The position numbers were made by a program, and so were the translations under genes. DNA of 30,376 nucleotides, taken from contig JBFGJG010000050.1 of NCBI GenBank assembly GCA_041577295.1, positions 1 to 30,376 of the forward strand. The letters run 5' to 3'. The notes beneath the pieces are model-generated. The model saw only the letters and a program-made list of their open reading frames with translations. It ran no database searches and was not told the origin of the DNA. Positions 17,796 through 26,420 of the stretch are shown here, in pieces; positions within the stretch are counted from its first letter, which is position 1, and each line of letters begins with the position of its first letter. This DNA is from Gemmatimonadales bacterium. GTDB lineage: Bacteria; Gemmatimonadota; Gemmatimonadetes; Gemmatimonadales; GWC2-71-9.

Positions 17796-19253
17796 ATGCG
17801 CAGTAGTATGGAAACGGTTCCCATTCCGGCGCTGTCCTTCGAGCGTTTCACCCCGGTTCTCGGAGCTAGGGGAGCGGCGCGCTTCCGATCATACGTCGCC
17901 GACGCGCTCGACCTGCTGGATGGACGGATCGTCTGGCACGTCAACTCGACGAGCAAGGGCGGTGGGGTGGCCGAGATGCTCCAAACCCTCCTGGGCTATG
18001 AGCGGGGGGCCGGGCTCGACGCCCGCTGGCTGGTCATCGAGGGCGATCCCGCTTTCTTCACCCTCACCAAGCGCATCCATCACCGTTTGCACGGGAAGAA
18101 CGGAGATGGCGGCCCACTCTCCGGGCAGGAGCGGCGTCATTACTCTGCCATTTCGCAGAGGAACGCCGAGCAGATCCTCTCCGTGGTCCGGCCACGGGAT
18201 GTCGTCATCCTCCACGACCCACAAACAGCTGGACTGGCAGCCCCGCTGCGCGACGCGGGGGCACTCGTCGTTTGGCGGTGTCACATCGGAAGTGACCAGG
18301 TCAACGAGCCGCTGCGTGGCGCATGGGATTTTCTGCGACCGCACCTTCGGCACACCCACGCATGCGTGTTCTCTCGACAGGGATACGTGCCGACCTGGCT
18401 CGAGATACCGCATGTGTCGATCATCCCACCCGCCATCGACGCCTTTTCCGTCAAGAACGAGCCAATGAGCCGCGCAACGGCGCGCAGCATCCTCAAACAC
18501 ATCGGCCTCTTGAACGGGGCGGCGCGCAACGGAAAGCACCTCGACTTCACGCGCCTCGACGGCTCACCGGGACGGGTCGAACGGAAGGCCGAGGTACTGC
18601 AAACTGGCAAGGTCCCCGGCTGGAACGTCCCTCTCGTGGTCCAGGTGTCCCGCTGGGATCCATTGAAGGATATGGCTGGTGTCATGCGCGGCTTCGCGGA
18701 CCGCATCGAGCACCTCGGCGAAGCCCATTTGGTGCTCGTGGGGCCGGATGTTCGTGGTGTGACCGACGATCCCGAGGGCGCGCGGGTGCTCGAAGCGTGC
18801 ATGAGCCGCTGGCACCGTCTGCCAAGGACCATTCGTGATCGCGTGCACCTCGTCTGTCTGCCCATGGACGACGTGGAGGAGAATGCGATCATGGTCAACG
18901 CCATCCAACGGCATGCAACGATCATCGCGCAAAAGAGCTTGCACGAAGGCTTCGGGCTCACCGTCACCGAGGCTATGTGGAAGGGTCGCCCGATCGTTGC
19001 CAGCGCGGTGGGCGGCATCCAGGATCAGATCGTCGATCGTCGGCACGGCTTGTTGTTGCGCAACCCGCGAGATTTAGGCGCCTTTGGTGACGCCATCGCT
19101 CTCCTCCTACGGGATCACCAACTCGCGCGTCGGCTGGGCCGAAATGCTCGGCGCCGCGCGGCCACCAAGTTCCTTGGACCCCGCCAACTGATGCAGTTCG
19201 TGGATCTCCTCTACAAACTCGAACGCCGATCGAGACGGCGCGTCGACCAGTAA
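17796..19253 (+). CDS. treT: GT4 glycosyltransferase, TreT-like trehalose synthase
   Basis: HVNSTSKGGGVAEML, HDPQ, WRCHI, QVSRWDPLKD, EGFGLTVTEAMWKG. Start is ATG 17796 or 17808. Confidence 0.85.
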   Translation: MRSSMETVPIPALSFERFTPVLGARGAARFRSYVADALDLLDGRIVWHVNSTSKGGGVAEMLQTLLGYERGAGLDARWLVIEGDPAFFTLTKRIHHRLHGKNGDGGPLSGQERRHYSAISQRNAEQILSVVRPRDVVILHDPQTAGLAAPLRDAGALVVWRCHIGSDQVNEPLRGAWDFLRPHLRHTHACVFSRQGYVPTWLEIPHVSIIPPAIDAFSVKNEPMSRATARSILKHIGLLNGAARNGKHLDFTRLDGSPGRVERKAEVLQTGKVPGWNVPLVVQVSRWDPLKDMAGVMRGFADRIEHLGEAHLVLVGPDVRGVTDDPEGARVLEACMSRWHRLPRTIRDRVHLVCLPMDDVEENAIMVNAIQRHATIIAQKSLHEGFGLTVTEAMWKGRPIVASAVGGIQDQIVDRRHGLLLRNPRDLGAFGDAIALLLRDHQLARRLGRNARRRAATKFLGPRQLMQFVDLLYKLERRSRRRVDQ

Positions 19254-19329
19254 CTCACTAGCACAACACGAGCGCTGACAGCGCACCTCTCGACAGGCTC
19301 CGTACGGCGCCCGACATTTGACCACGCAT

Positions 19330-20235
19330 ATGAGCGACACGTTCGAGGGATCCGTCGTCATCGTGACCGGTGCATCCAGTGGCATCGGCCGCGCCATGGC
19401 GATCCAATTGGCCGAGCAGGGTGCCCACCTTGCACTCGCCGCGCGGAGTGCGGAGCGGCTCGGAGCGGTGGCCGGCGAGTGTAACTCCCGCGGTGCTCAA
19501 ACCCTGGTGGTACCGACGGACGTCACAGCGCCAGAACAGTGTAAGCAACTCATCGCCAACACCGTGGGGCACTTCAGCCGCCTGGACATGCTCGTGAACA
19601 ATGCCGGCATCACGATGGCTTTTCGGTTCGAAGACCTGAGTGACCTCAACATCGCTGACCGGATCATCCGCGTGAATTATCTCGGCAGTGTCTACTGCAC
19701 GCACTATGCGTTGCCTCATTTGAAGCAGTCACGGGGACGCATCGTCGGTGTCGCGAGCCTGACAGGAAAGACCGGCGTCCCGCTCCGTACGCTCTACGCT
19801 GCGAGCAAGCATGCCATGACCGGGTTCTTCGACTCCCTGCGTATCGAGCTGATGGACAGCGGGATCAGCGTGACGATGATCTATCCGGACTTCGTGCAGA
19901 CCGATGTACGTGAACGGGCCCTCGGACCGGATGGGAAACCCGTCGGGATCGATCCCACGAACGGGAAGCTGATGACCGCCGACGATTGCGCACGGCTCAC
20001 ACTGAGTGCTGCTGCGGACCGACGGCGCGAGCTCATCATGGGCGCACGAGGCCGTGTCGGCCTGCTGATTAAGACAATTGCCCCGAGCGTAACAGACTGG
20101 ATTGCCAGACGGGCTATCGAGCGAACACGGATCTCGCAATCGCGAGCTGGGGCACCGCTTGCGGAAGCGGGAGCCAAACGGGGTGCATCCGCTACCACAC
20201 ATCAGCCGCACGAACGCGGGCCGACACAGCCATGA
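19330..20235 (+). CDS. Short-chain dehydrogenase/reductase
   Basis: TGASSGIG, NNAG and catalytic YAASK. Confidence 0.93.
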   Translation: MSDTFEGSVVIVTGASSGIGRAMAIQLAEQGAHLALAARSAERLGAVAGECNSRGAQTLVVPTDVTAPEQCKQLIANTVGHFSRLDMLVNNAGITMAFRFEDLSDLNIADRIIRVNYLGSVYCTHYALPHLKQSRGRIVGVASLTGKTGVPLRTLYAASKHAMTGFFDSLRIELMDSGISVTMIYPDFVQTDVRERALGPDGKPVGIDPTNGKLMTADDCARLTLSAAADRRRELIMGARGRVGLLIKTIAPSVTDWIARRAIERTRISQSRAGAPLAEAGAKRGASATTHQPHERGPTQP

Positions 20236-20699
20236 AAACAGCTGGGTTACTACTGGTGATGCTGATCCTCGGTGCATGTCAAAGCCCACCTGCGAACGAT
20301 TCCGCCGCTGTGAGCGTGTTGCTCGACGCTCGATACGATCGCTTCTCCGACGCCTATGAGACGAAGGACGTCGATCTGGTGGCGCAACTCTACACGACGG
20401 ACGCGTACTATCTCCAACCGGGTGGAGACATCACACGTGGTCGGGACGCGATTCGTGCGAGCTTTGCCCGCTTCTTTGACGGCGCCGCCGCCCGGGGGGA
20501 TACGCTTACGATCGCGTTCACCATCCTGGATCGCGGGATTGCGGATGACCAGGCGTACGATATCGGCTACTACGATCTGCGGGTCGGACGGTTGGACGGG
20601 ACCGCAGGAGAAGATCGGGGCAAGTTCGTGGTGATTTGGCGTCTTGGAACCGACGGCGAGTGGAGGATCCACGCCGACGGCTACAGCGGGGTGAACTGA
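20232..20699 (+). CDS. NTF2-like (YybH/DUF4440/SnoaL) lipoprotein
   Basis: Lipobox ILGAC, LYTTDA, RGRDAIRA and GKFVVIWR...GEWRI. ATGA overlap with the SDR stop. Confidence 0.88.
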   Translation: MKTAGLLLVMLILGACQSPPANDSAAVSVLLDARYDRFSDAYETKDVDLVAQLYTTDAYYLQPGGDITRGRDAIRASFARFFDGAAARGDTLTIAFTILDRGIADDQAYDIGYYDLRVGRLDGTAGEDRGKFVVIWRLGTDGEWRIHADGYSGVN

Positions 20700-20867
20700 G
20701 CGACGCGCTCAGCCGAGGGCGGCGGCGAGTGCAGCCAACTCTCCACCGATGATGTGTTGCATCGCCTCTCCGGTGATCGAGCCCCATCACTATAGGATAC
20801 GGTCTCAAACTGCCAAGCTGATCGCAGCGCTCTTACGCCAGACGAGCGGGCACACTACTCTGCTCCC

Positions 20868-21455
20868 GTGAGCCACATTCCTCGCAGAGAAATCGTGCGT
20901 CTCGCCGTCGGCGTCGAGATGGCGCTGCTCGTGGTGGCCGTGCTCCTGGGCTGGATCCTGCGCACCCGTCCGCTGGATCAGATCCGTCCGACAGCTTCAG
21001 CGACGTTGGTGGGTGTCGCGGCGACGCTGCCCTTGGTCGCGATGGCCTGGTGGGTCGCGACCACGAAGTGGGCACCCGTGGCACAACTGCGGCGGGAGGT
21101 CGAGCGAACCGTTGTTCCCCTGTTCGCTCAGTGCACGCTGCTCGACCTCGCCATCATCTCGCTCCTCGCGGGCCTCGGCGAAGAGGCGCTGTTCCGCGGC
21201 GTCCTGCAGGCTGCTCTTGGCGGCTGGATCACGCCCGTGGGTGGACTGCTGGTGGCGAGCGTGGTGTTCGGGCTGGCGCACTTGGTCACGCCAACCTATG
21301 CACTGATCGCCGGACTGATCGGGCTGTACCTTGGCCTCATCTACCTCGTCACCGACAACCTGTTTCCTCCAGTGCTGGTGCACGCGTTGTACGACTTTGT
21401 GGCCCTCGTGTACGTCGCTCGGATGCAACCACCTCGGCCGGGGGCGGAAGGATGA
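20868..21455 (+). CDS. CPBP (CAAX/Rce1-like) intramembrane metalloprotease
   Basis: EEALFRG, FGLAH and HALYD motifs within hydrophobic helices. Confidence 0.92.
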   Translation: MSHIPRREIVRLAVGVEMALLVVAVLLGWILRTRPLDQIRPTASATLVGVAATLPLVAMAWWVATTKWAPVAQLRREVERTVVPLFAQCTLLDLAIISLLAGLGEEALFRGVLQAALGGWITPVGGLLVASVVFGLAHLVTPTYALIAGLIGLYLGLIYLVTDNLFPPVLVHALYDFVALVYVARMQPPRPGAEG

Positions 21456-21630
21456 TTGCCCCCACCCCTCGAGCGTTGAGACCACGACTGAGGTGACAGG
21501 CGTCACAGGCACCCGAAGGAGCCGGCGCTAGCTTGGGATCGACTCGGACGGCCAGAGTCCGTCCGTTCCGCTCTGTAGCACCCAGCGTCCGTAACCATAT
21601 CGACGGGCGAATGCCCGGGGAGCCCCGAGG

Positions 21631-22143
21631 ATGGCGATGTTCTCATCGACAAAACGCGACGCCGATTTGCCGGCGGCCCTACGGTCCAGCGGCCACGAGC
21701 CAAAGCTTTCGATACTCGCCGCCGGGATCAAAGTGATCGGCGAGATTCAGACGGAAGGGGTGGTGAAGATCGAGGGTGAGGTGGAGGGAAGCGTGCGGGC
21801 GGATGGCCAGGTACTCGTGTCCCGTGGGGGGATCGTGAAGGGCGACATCGCCACTCGGCAGGCCATCATCGCCGGAGAGGTCCACGGAGGCATCTACGCC
21901 GACGAGCGGGTGGAGCTGCACGCCAGCTCCCAGATCGATGGCGACATTACCGCCCCGCGCATCGTGGTGGAGGAAGGCGGGCAGGTGAACGGGCACATCC
22001 GGATGGCCAACCCCCAGGCGGTCAAGCAACGGCACGATCGGAACCCGAAAGAGAGCTCCAAGCCGGGTAGCACGCCCACCTTTGAGCTGGCCGTCGCAAA
22101 GGGGTCGAACAAGGAGAAGGTCGCGGCCGGTCAGCCCAACTAA
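21631..22143 (+). CDS. Bactofilin (polymer-forming cytoskeletal protein)
   Basis: Beta-helix repeats: SILAAGIKVIGEI, VKIEGEVEGSV, GIVKGDI, IAGEVHGGI, IDGDITAPRIVVEEGGQVNG. Confidence 0.93.
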   Translation: MAMFSSTKRDADLPAALRSSGHEPKLSILAAGIKVIGEIQTEGVVKIEGEVEGSVRADGQVLVSRGGIVKGDIATRQAIIAGEVHGGIYADERVELHASSQIDGDITAPRIVVEEGGQVNGHIRMANPQAVKQRHDRNPKESSKPGSTPTFELAVAKGSNKEKVAAGQPN

Positions 22144-22365
22144 CAGTACTCGTTGGACTTAGGCTCTTTCGTCCGGCACGCCTCCCGACATGCGGAGGGT
22201 GCCGGCGACCTCGGAGCAGCACCCACCGATGTGAGGAGCATCACCGACCTGCTCCCAACACACCGCCAGCTTCAGGTCGGACTCGTCTGCAGACGCGCCC
22301 ACATCCCTCCCGTTCGTGCCGGCGAGAGCCCCGCGCGGCGGCGGTCGGGTAACAGGAGACTCAGT

Positions 22366-23271
22366 ATGGGTGGTCGGCGGTTTCGCATACTCCATCGCAG
22401 CTGGCTCCCGCTCGCGCTCTGCGCCCTCCTTGGGTGCGACCGTGACGCGCGGGAACAGATGCAGCTCCAATTGCAGCAAGTCGAAACGATCTCCGCCGAG
22501 AAGGACAGCCTGCTCGAACGTGTGGCGGAGAACGCCCGTCTCATGAGCGAGATCAGTGCGGAGCTCGCGAAGGTGCAAGAAGGTGGTCAAGGAATGGTAG
22601 TCTCGCCCGAGTCGCCCATCCAGATGCAGCGAGACAGCATCCTGAACGCGATCCGGGAGGTCACCGAGCGGGTCACCGAAAGCGAGCAACGGCTGCTCGC
22701 CAGCCAGCGACGGATCCGGGCGCTTACCGGGCAGAACGACAGCCTGCGCAAGAGCATCGCCACGTTCGAGGAGACGATCGCCAACTTCCAGTCGGTCATC
22801 GAGAACCAGAAGGTGACCATCGGCTCGCTCGCCAATCAGGTCAACGCGCTGATGGCCCAAAACGTCCGGCTCGCGGCCGAGAAGGCAGCACTCAAGGACA
22901 CCGTGGCAAACCTCGAGGAGCGGGACAACACGGTGTTCTACGTGATCGGCACGAAGAAGGAGCTGATCGAGAAGGGGGTCGTCGTCGAAGAGGGGGGGAG
23001 CAGGGTCCTGTTCATCTTCGGGAAGCGCGGGAAGACGCTAACGCCAGCCCGCGACCTGGACGAGAGCTTATTCACCGCGATCAACAAGCATGAGGTCACG
23101 GAGATCGAGTTCCCCAATCCCGACAAGCCATACCGGATTGCGTCGAGACAGAACCTGGAGGCACTCGTCGAACCACCGGATGATGACGGCAAGATTCGGG
23201 GAGCCATTCAGATCGAATCACCCAGAGAATTCTGGGAAGCTTCGCGCTTTCTGATCATCGTGGAGAGTTGA
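22366..23271 (+). CDS. Coiled-coil lipoprotein, Cbp1-like
   Basis: CAGGAG RBS and ATG 22366. Lipobox LLGC, a long heptad coiled coil, and a C-terminal domain (FYVIGTKKELIEKGV...FWEASRFLII) resembling Bacteroidota Cbp1-family proteins from recall. Confidence 0.75.
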   Translation: MGGRRFRILHRSWLPLALCALLGCDRDAREQMQLQLQQVETISAEKDSLLERVAENARLMSEISAELAKVQEGGQGMVVSPESPIQMQRDSILNAIREVTERVTESEQRLLASQRRIRALTGQNDSLRKSIATFEETIANFQSVIENQKVTIGSLANQVNALMAQNVRLAAEKAALKDTVANLEERDNTVFYVIGTKKELIEKGVVVEEGGSRVLFIFGKRGKTLTPARDLDESLFTAINKHEVTEIEFPNPDKPYRIASRQNLEALVEPPDDDGKIRGAIQIESPREFWEASRFLIIVES

Positions 23272-23476
23272 CGATCGACATTCGGTGAGTGGTGAGTAGT
23301 GATGCGCCCGGAGCCCTCGGCCGGTGCCATGGACTGCTCACCCTCACCACTCCCCTCCTCCGCCCCACCAACGAAGCAGTGCGGAGGTTGTTGGTTTCCC
23401 AAGCCCTGCCATTCCACCCGCCACCCGTACCCTTAATCCGTACTCCTCACTCGACACTGCCTCTCAACGGTTCATT

Positions 23477-23505
23477 TTGACATTATACAAAAAATTTTGT
23501 ACAAT
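23477..23505 (+). promoter_or_regulatory. Sigma70 promoter
   Basis: TTGACA (23477-23482), 17-bp spacer, TACAAT (23500-23505). Confidence 0.88.
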
Positions 23506-23506
23506 G
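23481..23506. promoter_or_regulatory. 12-2-12 palindromic operator overlapping the promoter
   Basis: CATTATACAAAA-AA-TTTTGTACAATG, one mismatch between the arms. Confidence 0.82.
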
Positions 23507-23510
23507 GCCC

Positions 23511-24107
23511 ATGCCGCAAGACGTTTTGTATATCGAGTCGGTCCAGCGGGCAGGTGTTATGCTCAAGCCGCTCCGGATCGAGCTACTCCGGCTGATGGAT
23601 CGTCCGCGCACGTGCCCTGAGTTGGCGGAGCTGTGTGGCGAGACGCCGCAGAAGATCTACTACCATGTGAAGGAGCTCGAGCGGGCCGGGTTGGTCGAGC
23701 GCTGCGGCGAGCGGCAGGTGCGCGGCGCCCTGGAGGGGTTTTACCAGGCCCGGGCGCGATCGTACTGGTTGGCACCAACGTTGGTGCGCCGGCTCGGTGG
23801 CGTGCGCGCAGTACGGGACCAGACGAGCCTAGCGGTGTTGTGCCAGCATGCTGAGCGAATGCTGGAGGATGCCGGTCGGCTGAGCGCGGCGGCGACGGAC
23901 GCGCACGTGCCCTCGCTGTCGCTAGCCGCAGAGATCGAACTACCGAGCCCGGCGCGGCGCGGCGCTTTCCTCAAAGAGCTCGGGGAGACCTTCGAGCGGT
24001 TGGCCCGCAAGTATGGCGCGAGCGAGCAGTCCGCCCCCAGGACATCACCCGACACGTTTCGACTCACGCTCGCTTGTTATCCCCGACCATTACAGGAGGT
24101 CGCGTGA
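23511..24107 (+). CDS. ArsR-like winged-helix transcriptional regulator
   Basis: PLRIELLRLM...ELAELCGETPQKIYYHVKELERAGLVE helix-turn-helix plus a C-terminal domain. Confidence 0.9.
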   Translation: MPQDVLYIESVQRAGVMLKPLRIELLRLMDRPRTCPELAELCGETPQKIYYHVKELERAGLVERCGERQVRGALEGFYQARARSYWLAPTLVRRLGGVRAVRDQTSLAVLCQHAERMLEDAGRLSAAATDAHVPSLSLAAEIELPSPARRGAFLKELGETFERLARKYGASEQSAPRTSPDTFRLTLACYPRPLQEVA

Positions 24108-25054
24108 CCAAGGTTCTCCACCTCCAACAGACCCTCGAGGTTCCAATCGCCCGCGTGTATCGGGCGCTCACGGAGGCGGCCGAGCTGGAGAAGTGGTTTG
24201 CCGAGCACGCCGATGTCTCGCTCACGGATGGCCGCTACGACTTTTGGGGACGCTTCACACCCGAGACTCCCGGGAAGCGCGCCGGGCATCACCCCGTCAA
24301 AGTGCTCGAGCCCGGGAAGCGCTTTCAGTACCAATGGACCCTTCGCGGCGGCGACACGACCGTCGATGTCCAGCTTGCCAAGCGAGGCTCACGAACTGTC
24401 GTGGTGGTGCGGCATCACGATATACCCAAGAGCACCGAGCCTGGGATGGCGGGCTACGCGTTCGAAGATGTGTGGTTCTTGGCGTTGGAAAACCTCAAGC
24501 GTCATCTCACGGGGCACGACGTGGTGCGGTGTGACTTCTCGGCCGTGCGACCCGGCGACATTCGTCACACAATCGCAATCAAGGGCACGCCGCACGATGT
24601 CTGGCAGGCACTGGTGTCACCCGACCAACTCAACCGGTGGATCGCCAGCAATGCTTCGGTGGATCTCAAGCCGGGCGGCCTCTACGACCTCGGTTGGGGA
24701 CCAGACGGTGGAATCCTGCAAATCCTTTCAATCGACCCGGAACGTGAGTTCGCTCTCCGGTGGGATTTCGGTGATCAGCAGACCTTCCTCACGTGGACGC
24801 TGGAGGGATCGGGAGGTAAAACACGACTCACCATCGTACACAGCGGGTTCGGTTCAGACGAACGGGTGGACGGCCTCAACGTCGGGTGGCTGCATTTTCT
24901 CCTTTGGGTCAAGTCGCTCGTGGAAGTGGGTGCCGACTGGATGCCGGCGATCAAGGCGTTGAGCCGCGACGTCGCCCTGCTCTACGCGGCCTCGATCTGG
25001 GCCGCGCAGGACGACCTCATCGACGAAAATGGGTGGGACGCCGAGATCCAATAA
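24104..25054 (+). CDS. Tandem SRPBCC/AHSA1 domain protein
   Basis: CAGGAGG RBS; GTG 24104 overlaps the regulator stop. Two repeats (RVYRALTEAAELEKWF and DVWQALVSPDQLNRWI; TVVVVRH and TRLTIVHSGF). Confidence 0.9.
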   Translation: MTKVLHLQQTLEVPIARVYRALTEAAELEKWFAEHADVSLTDGRYDFWGRFTPETPGKRAGHHPVKVLEPGKRFQYQWTLRGGDTTVDVQLAKRGSRTVVVVRHHDIPKSTEPGMAGYAFEDVWFLALENLKRHLTGHDVVRCDFSAVRPGDIRHTIAIKGTPHDVWQALVSPDQLNRWIASNASVDLKPGGLYDLGWGPDGGILQILSIDPEREFALRWDFGDQQTFLTWTLEGSGGKTRLTIVHSGFGSDERVDGLNVGWLHFLLWVKSLVEVGADWMPAIKALSRDVALLYAASIWAAQDDLIDENGWDAEIQ

Positions 25055-25110
25055 CACCTCCGAACCTCGCGGCAAGCCTACGGCGCGCCCTCCCTGAGCG
25101 GCGTCGCCCC

Positions 25111-25147
25111 CGGAGGCGTCAGCGCGCCGCGCGCTTGAACGCCTCCG
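25111..25147 (+). other. Strong GC-rich hairpin downstream of the SRPBCC gene (possible terminator or REP-like element)
   Basis: CGGAGGCGT/ACGCCTCCG outer stem and AGCGCG/CGCGCT inner stem. No U-tract. Confidence 0.4.
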
Positions 25148-25429
25148 CGCAGGTGCCGACCCCCTAGCTCCCGCCACCGATTCACTTCGACCGCGGCCTC
25201 ACGCGGGTCCCCAAGGACAATGAGGCGAGCCAGGAGACATTACGAGGCGTCGTTCCCGCGACGTCAGGAACTGTTTGTCGGGTCGAATCATTAGAGCACG
25301 AGCCTCGTCGAAAGTTCTGATGACGAGCGCTCGACATCTGGCGGATCGGGGACCACACCGCGCCAAGCGACCAAACCAAGGCGCTCACGACGTCACCGGT
25401 CCGCCCAACCCATGAATGGAGTTACTACA

Positions 25430-25921
25430 ATGCGGAAGCAGATGCTCGCTGTTGTATTTGCGACCTTGTTCCTCTCGGCGACGGCCGACGCACAGGTCTC
25501 GAATAAGAAGACGCTAACGCTCGACGGTGCCAAGCGCGCTGCCGCAGCTGCCGTGGCCGAGGCCACAAAGTTGAGCGCGCCGGGTGGCGCGATCGCCGTC
25601 GTTGACGACGGTGGACACATCCTCTACCTCGAGCGGCTGGACAACACCTTCCCGGCGGCTGCCAACATCTCGATCGAGAAGGCTCGGACGGCGGCGCTCT
25701 TCCGTCGTCCAAGCAAGGTGCTGGAAGACGCGATCGTCAGCGGTCGCACGACGCTGCTCGCGGTAGCCGACGCACCACTCCAGGGTGGCGTGCCCATCGT
25801 CGTGGACGGTGTCGTGGTTGGTGCCATCGGGGTAAGCGGTGCCGCGAGCGCTGAGCAGGATACGCAGATCGCGGTGGCTGGTGCCGCGGCATTTGGTGGT
25901 GGCCGCGCTACGGGCATGTGA
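25430..25921 (+). CDS. GlcG/HbpS family heme-binding protein with signal peptide
   Basis: IAVVDDGGH, EKARTAA, GGVPIVVDGVVVGAIGVSGA...QD. Signal peptide ends ADA. Confidence 0.92.
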   Translation: MRKQMLAVVFATLFLSATADAQVSNKKTLTLDGAKRAAAAAVAEATKLSAPGGAIAVVDDGGHILYLERLDNTFPAAANISIEKARTAALFRRPSKVLEDAIVSGRTTLLAVADAPLQGGVPIVVDGVVVGAIGVSGAASAEQDTQIAVAGAAAFGGGRATGM

Positions 25922-25971
25922 TAACGGGGCCAACCGATTACCAGGCTTGATTGAAAACGAAGGAGTCCTGT

Positions 25972-26418
25972 ATGCGAGCGTTGACATTCATGGCGACGTT
26001 CGTCGTCGCCGCGCTGACGGCCACTGCCGCTCAGGCGCAGTCCAATGGCAAGGTAACCTACATCCAGAACGACAAGGTCTCCGCGGCATTTGTCAAAGGT
26101 GCGCCGTTACTGGAAGTGGGCGAGTACAAGATTCACGCAAGCCGGCGCGAGCAGCCCGGTCAGGCAGAAGTGCACGAGCGTGACACGGACATCATTTACG
26201 TCCTCGATGGCAGCGCCACGTTCGTCACAGGCGGAACAATGGTGGAGGGAAAAACGATCGCTCCCGAAGAGATCCGCGGCTCCGCGATCCAAGGTGGCGA
26301 GACCCGTCGTCTGGTGAAGGGTGATGTGATGGTGGTACCACAGGGAACACCGCACTGGTTCAAAGAGGTAAGCGGTCCGTTCCTCTATTACGTCGTCAAA
26401 GTCAGCAAGGTAGGCTAA
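25972..26418 (+). CDS. Secreted cupin-domain protein
   Basis: AAGGAG RBS and ATG 25972. Signal peptide ends AQA. EVHERDTDIIYVLDG and GDVMVVPQGTPHWF cupin motifs. Confidence 0.9.
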   Translation: MRALTFMATFVVAALTATAAQAQSNGKVTYIQNDKVSAAFVKGAPLLEVGEYKIHASRREQPGQAEVHERDTDIIYVLDGSATFVTGGTMVEGKTIAPEEIRGSAIQGGETRRLVKGDVMVVPQGTPHWFKEVSGPFLYYVVKVSKVG

Positions 26419-26420
26419 CG

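Noticed and set aside
20868..21455. CPBP/'Abi' protein as an anti-phage system
   Set aside because: The Abi label of this family is historical, and there are no defence or mobile genes nearby.
25304..25327. Hammerhead-like GAAA and CTGATGA
   Set aside because: The two motifs are only 3 nt apart within one loop, so the required stems cannot form.
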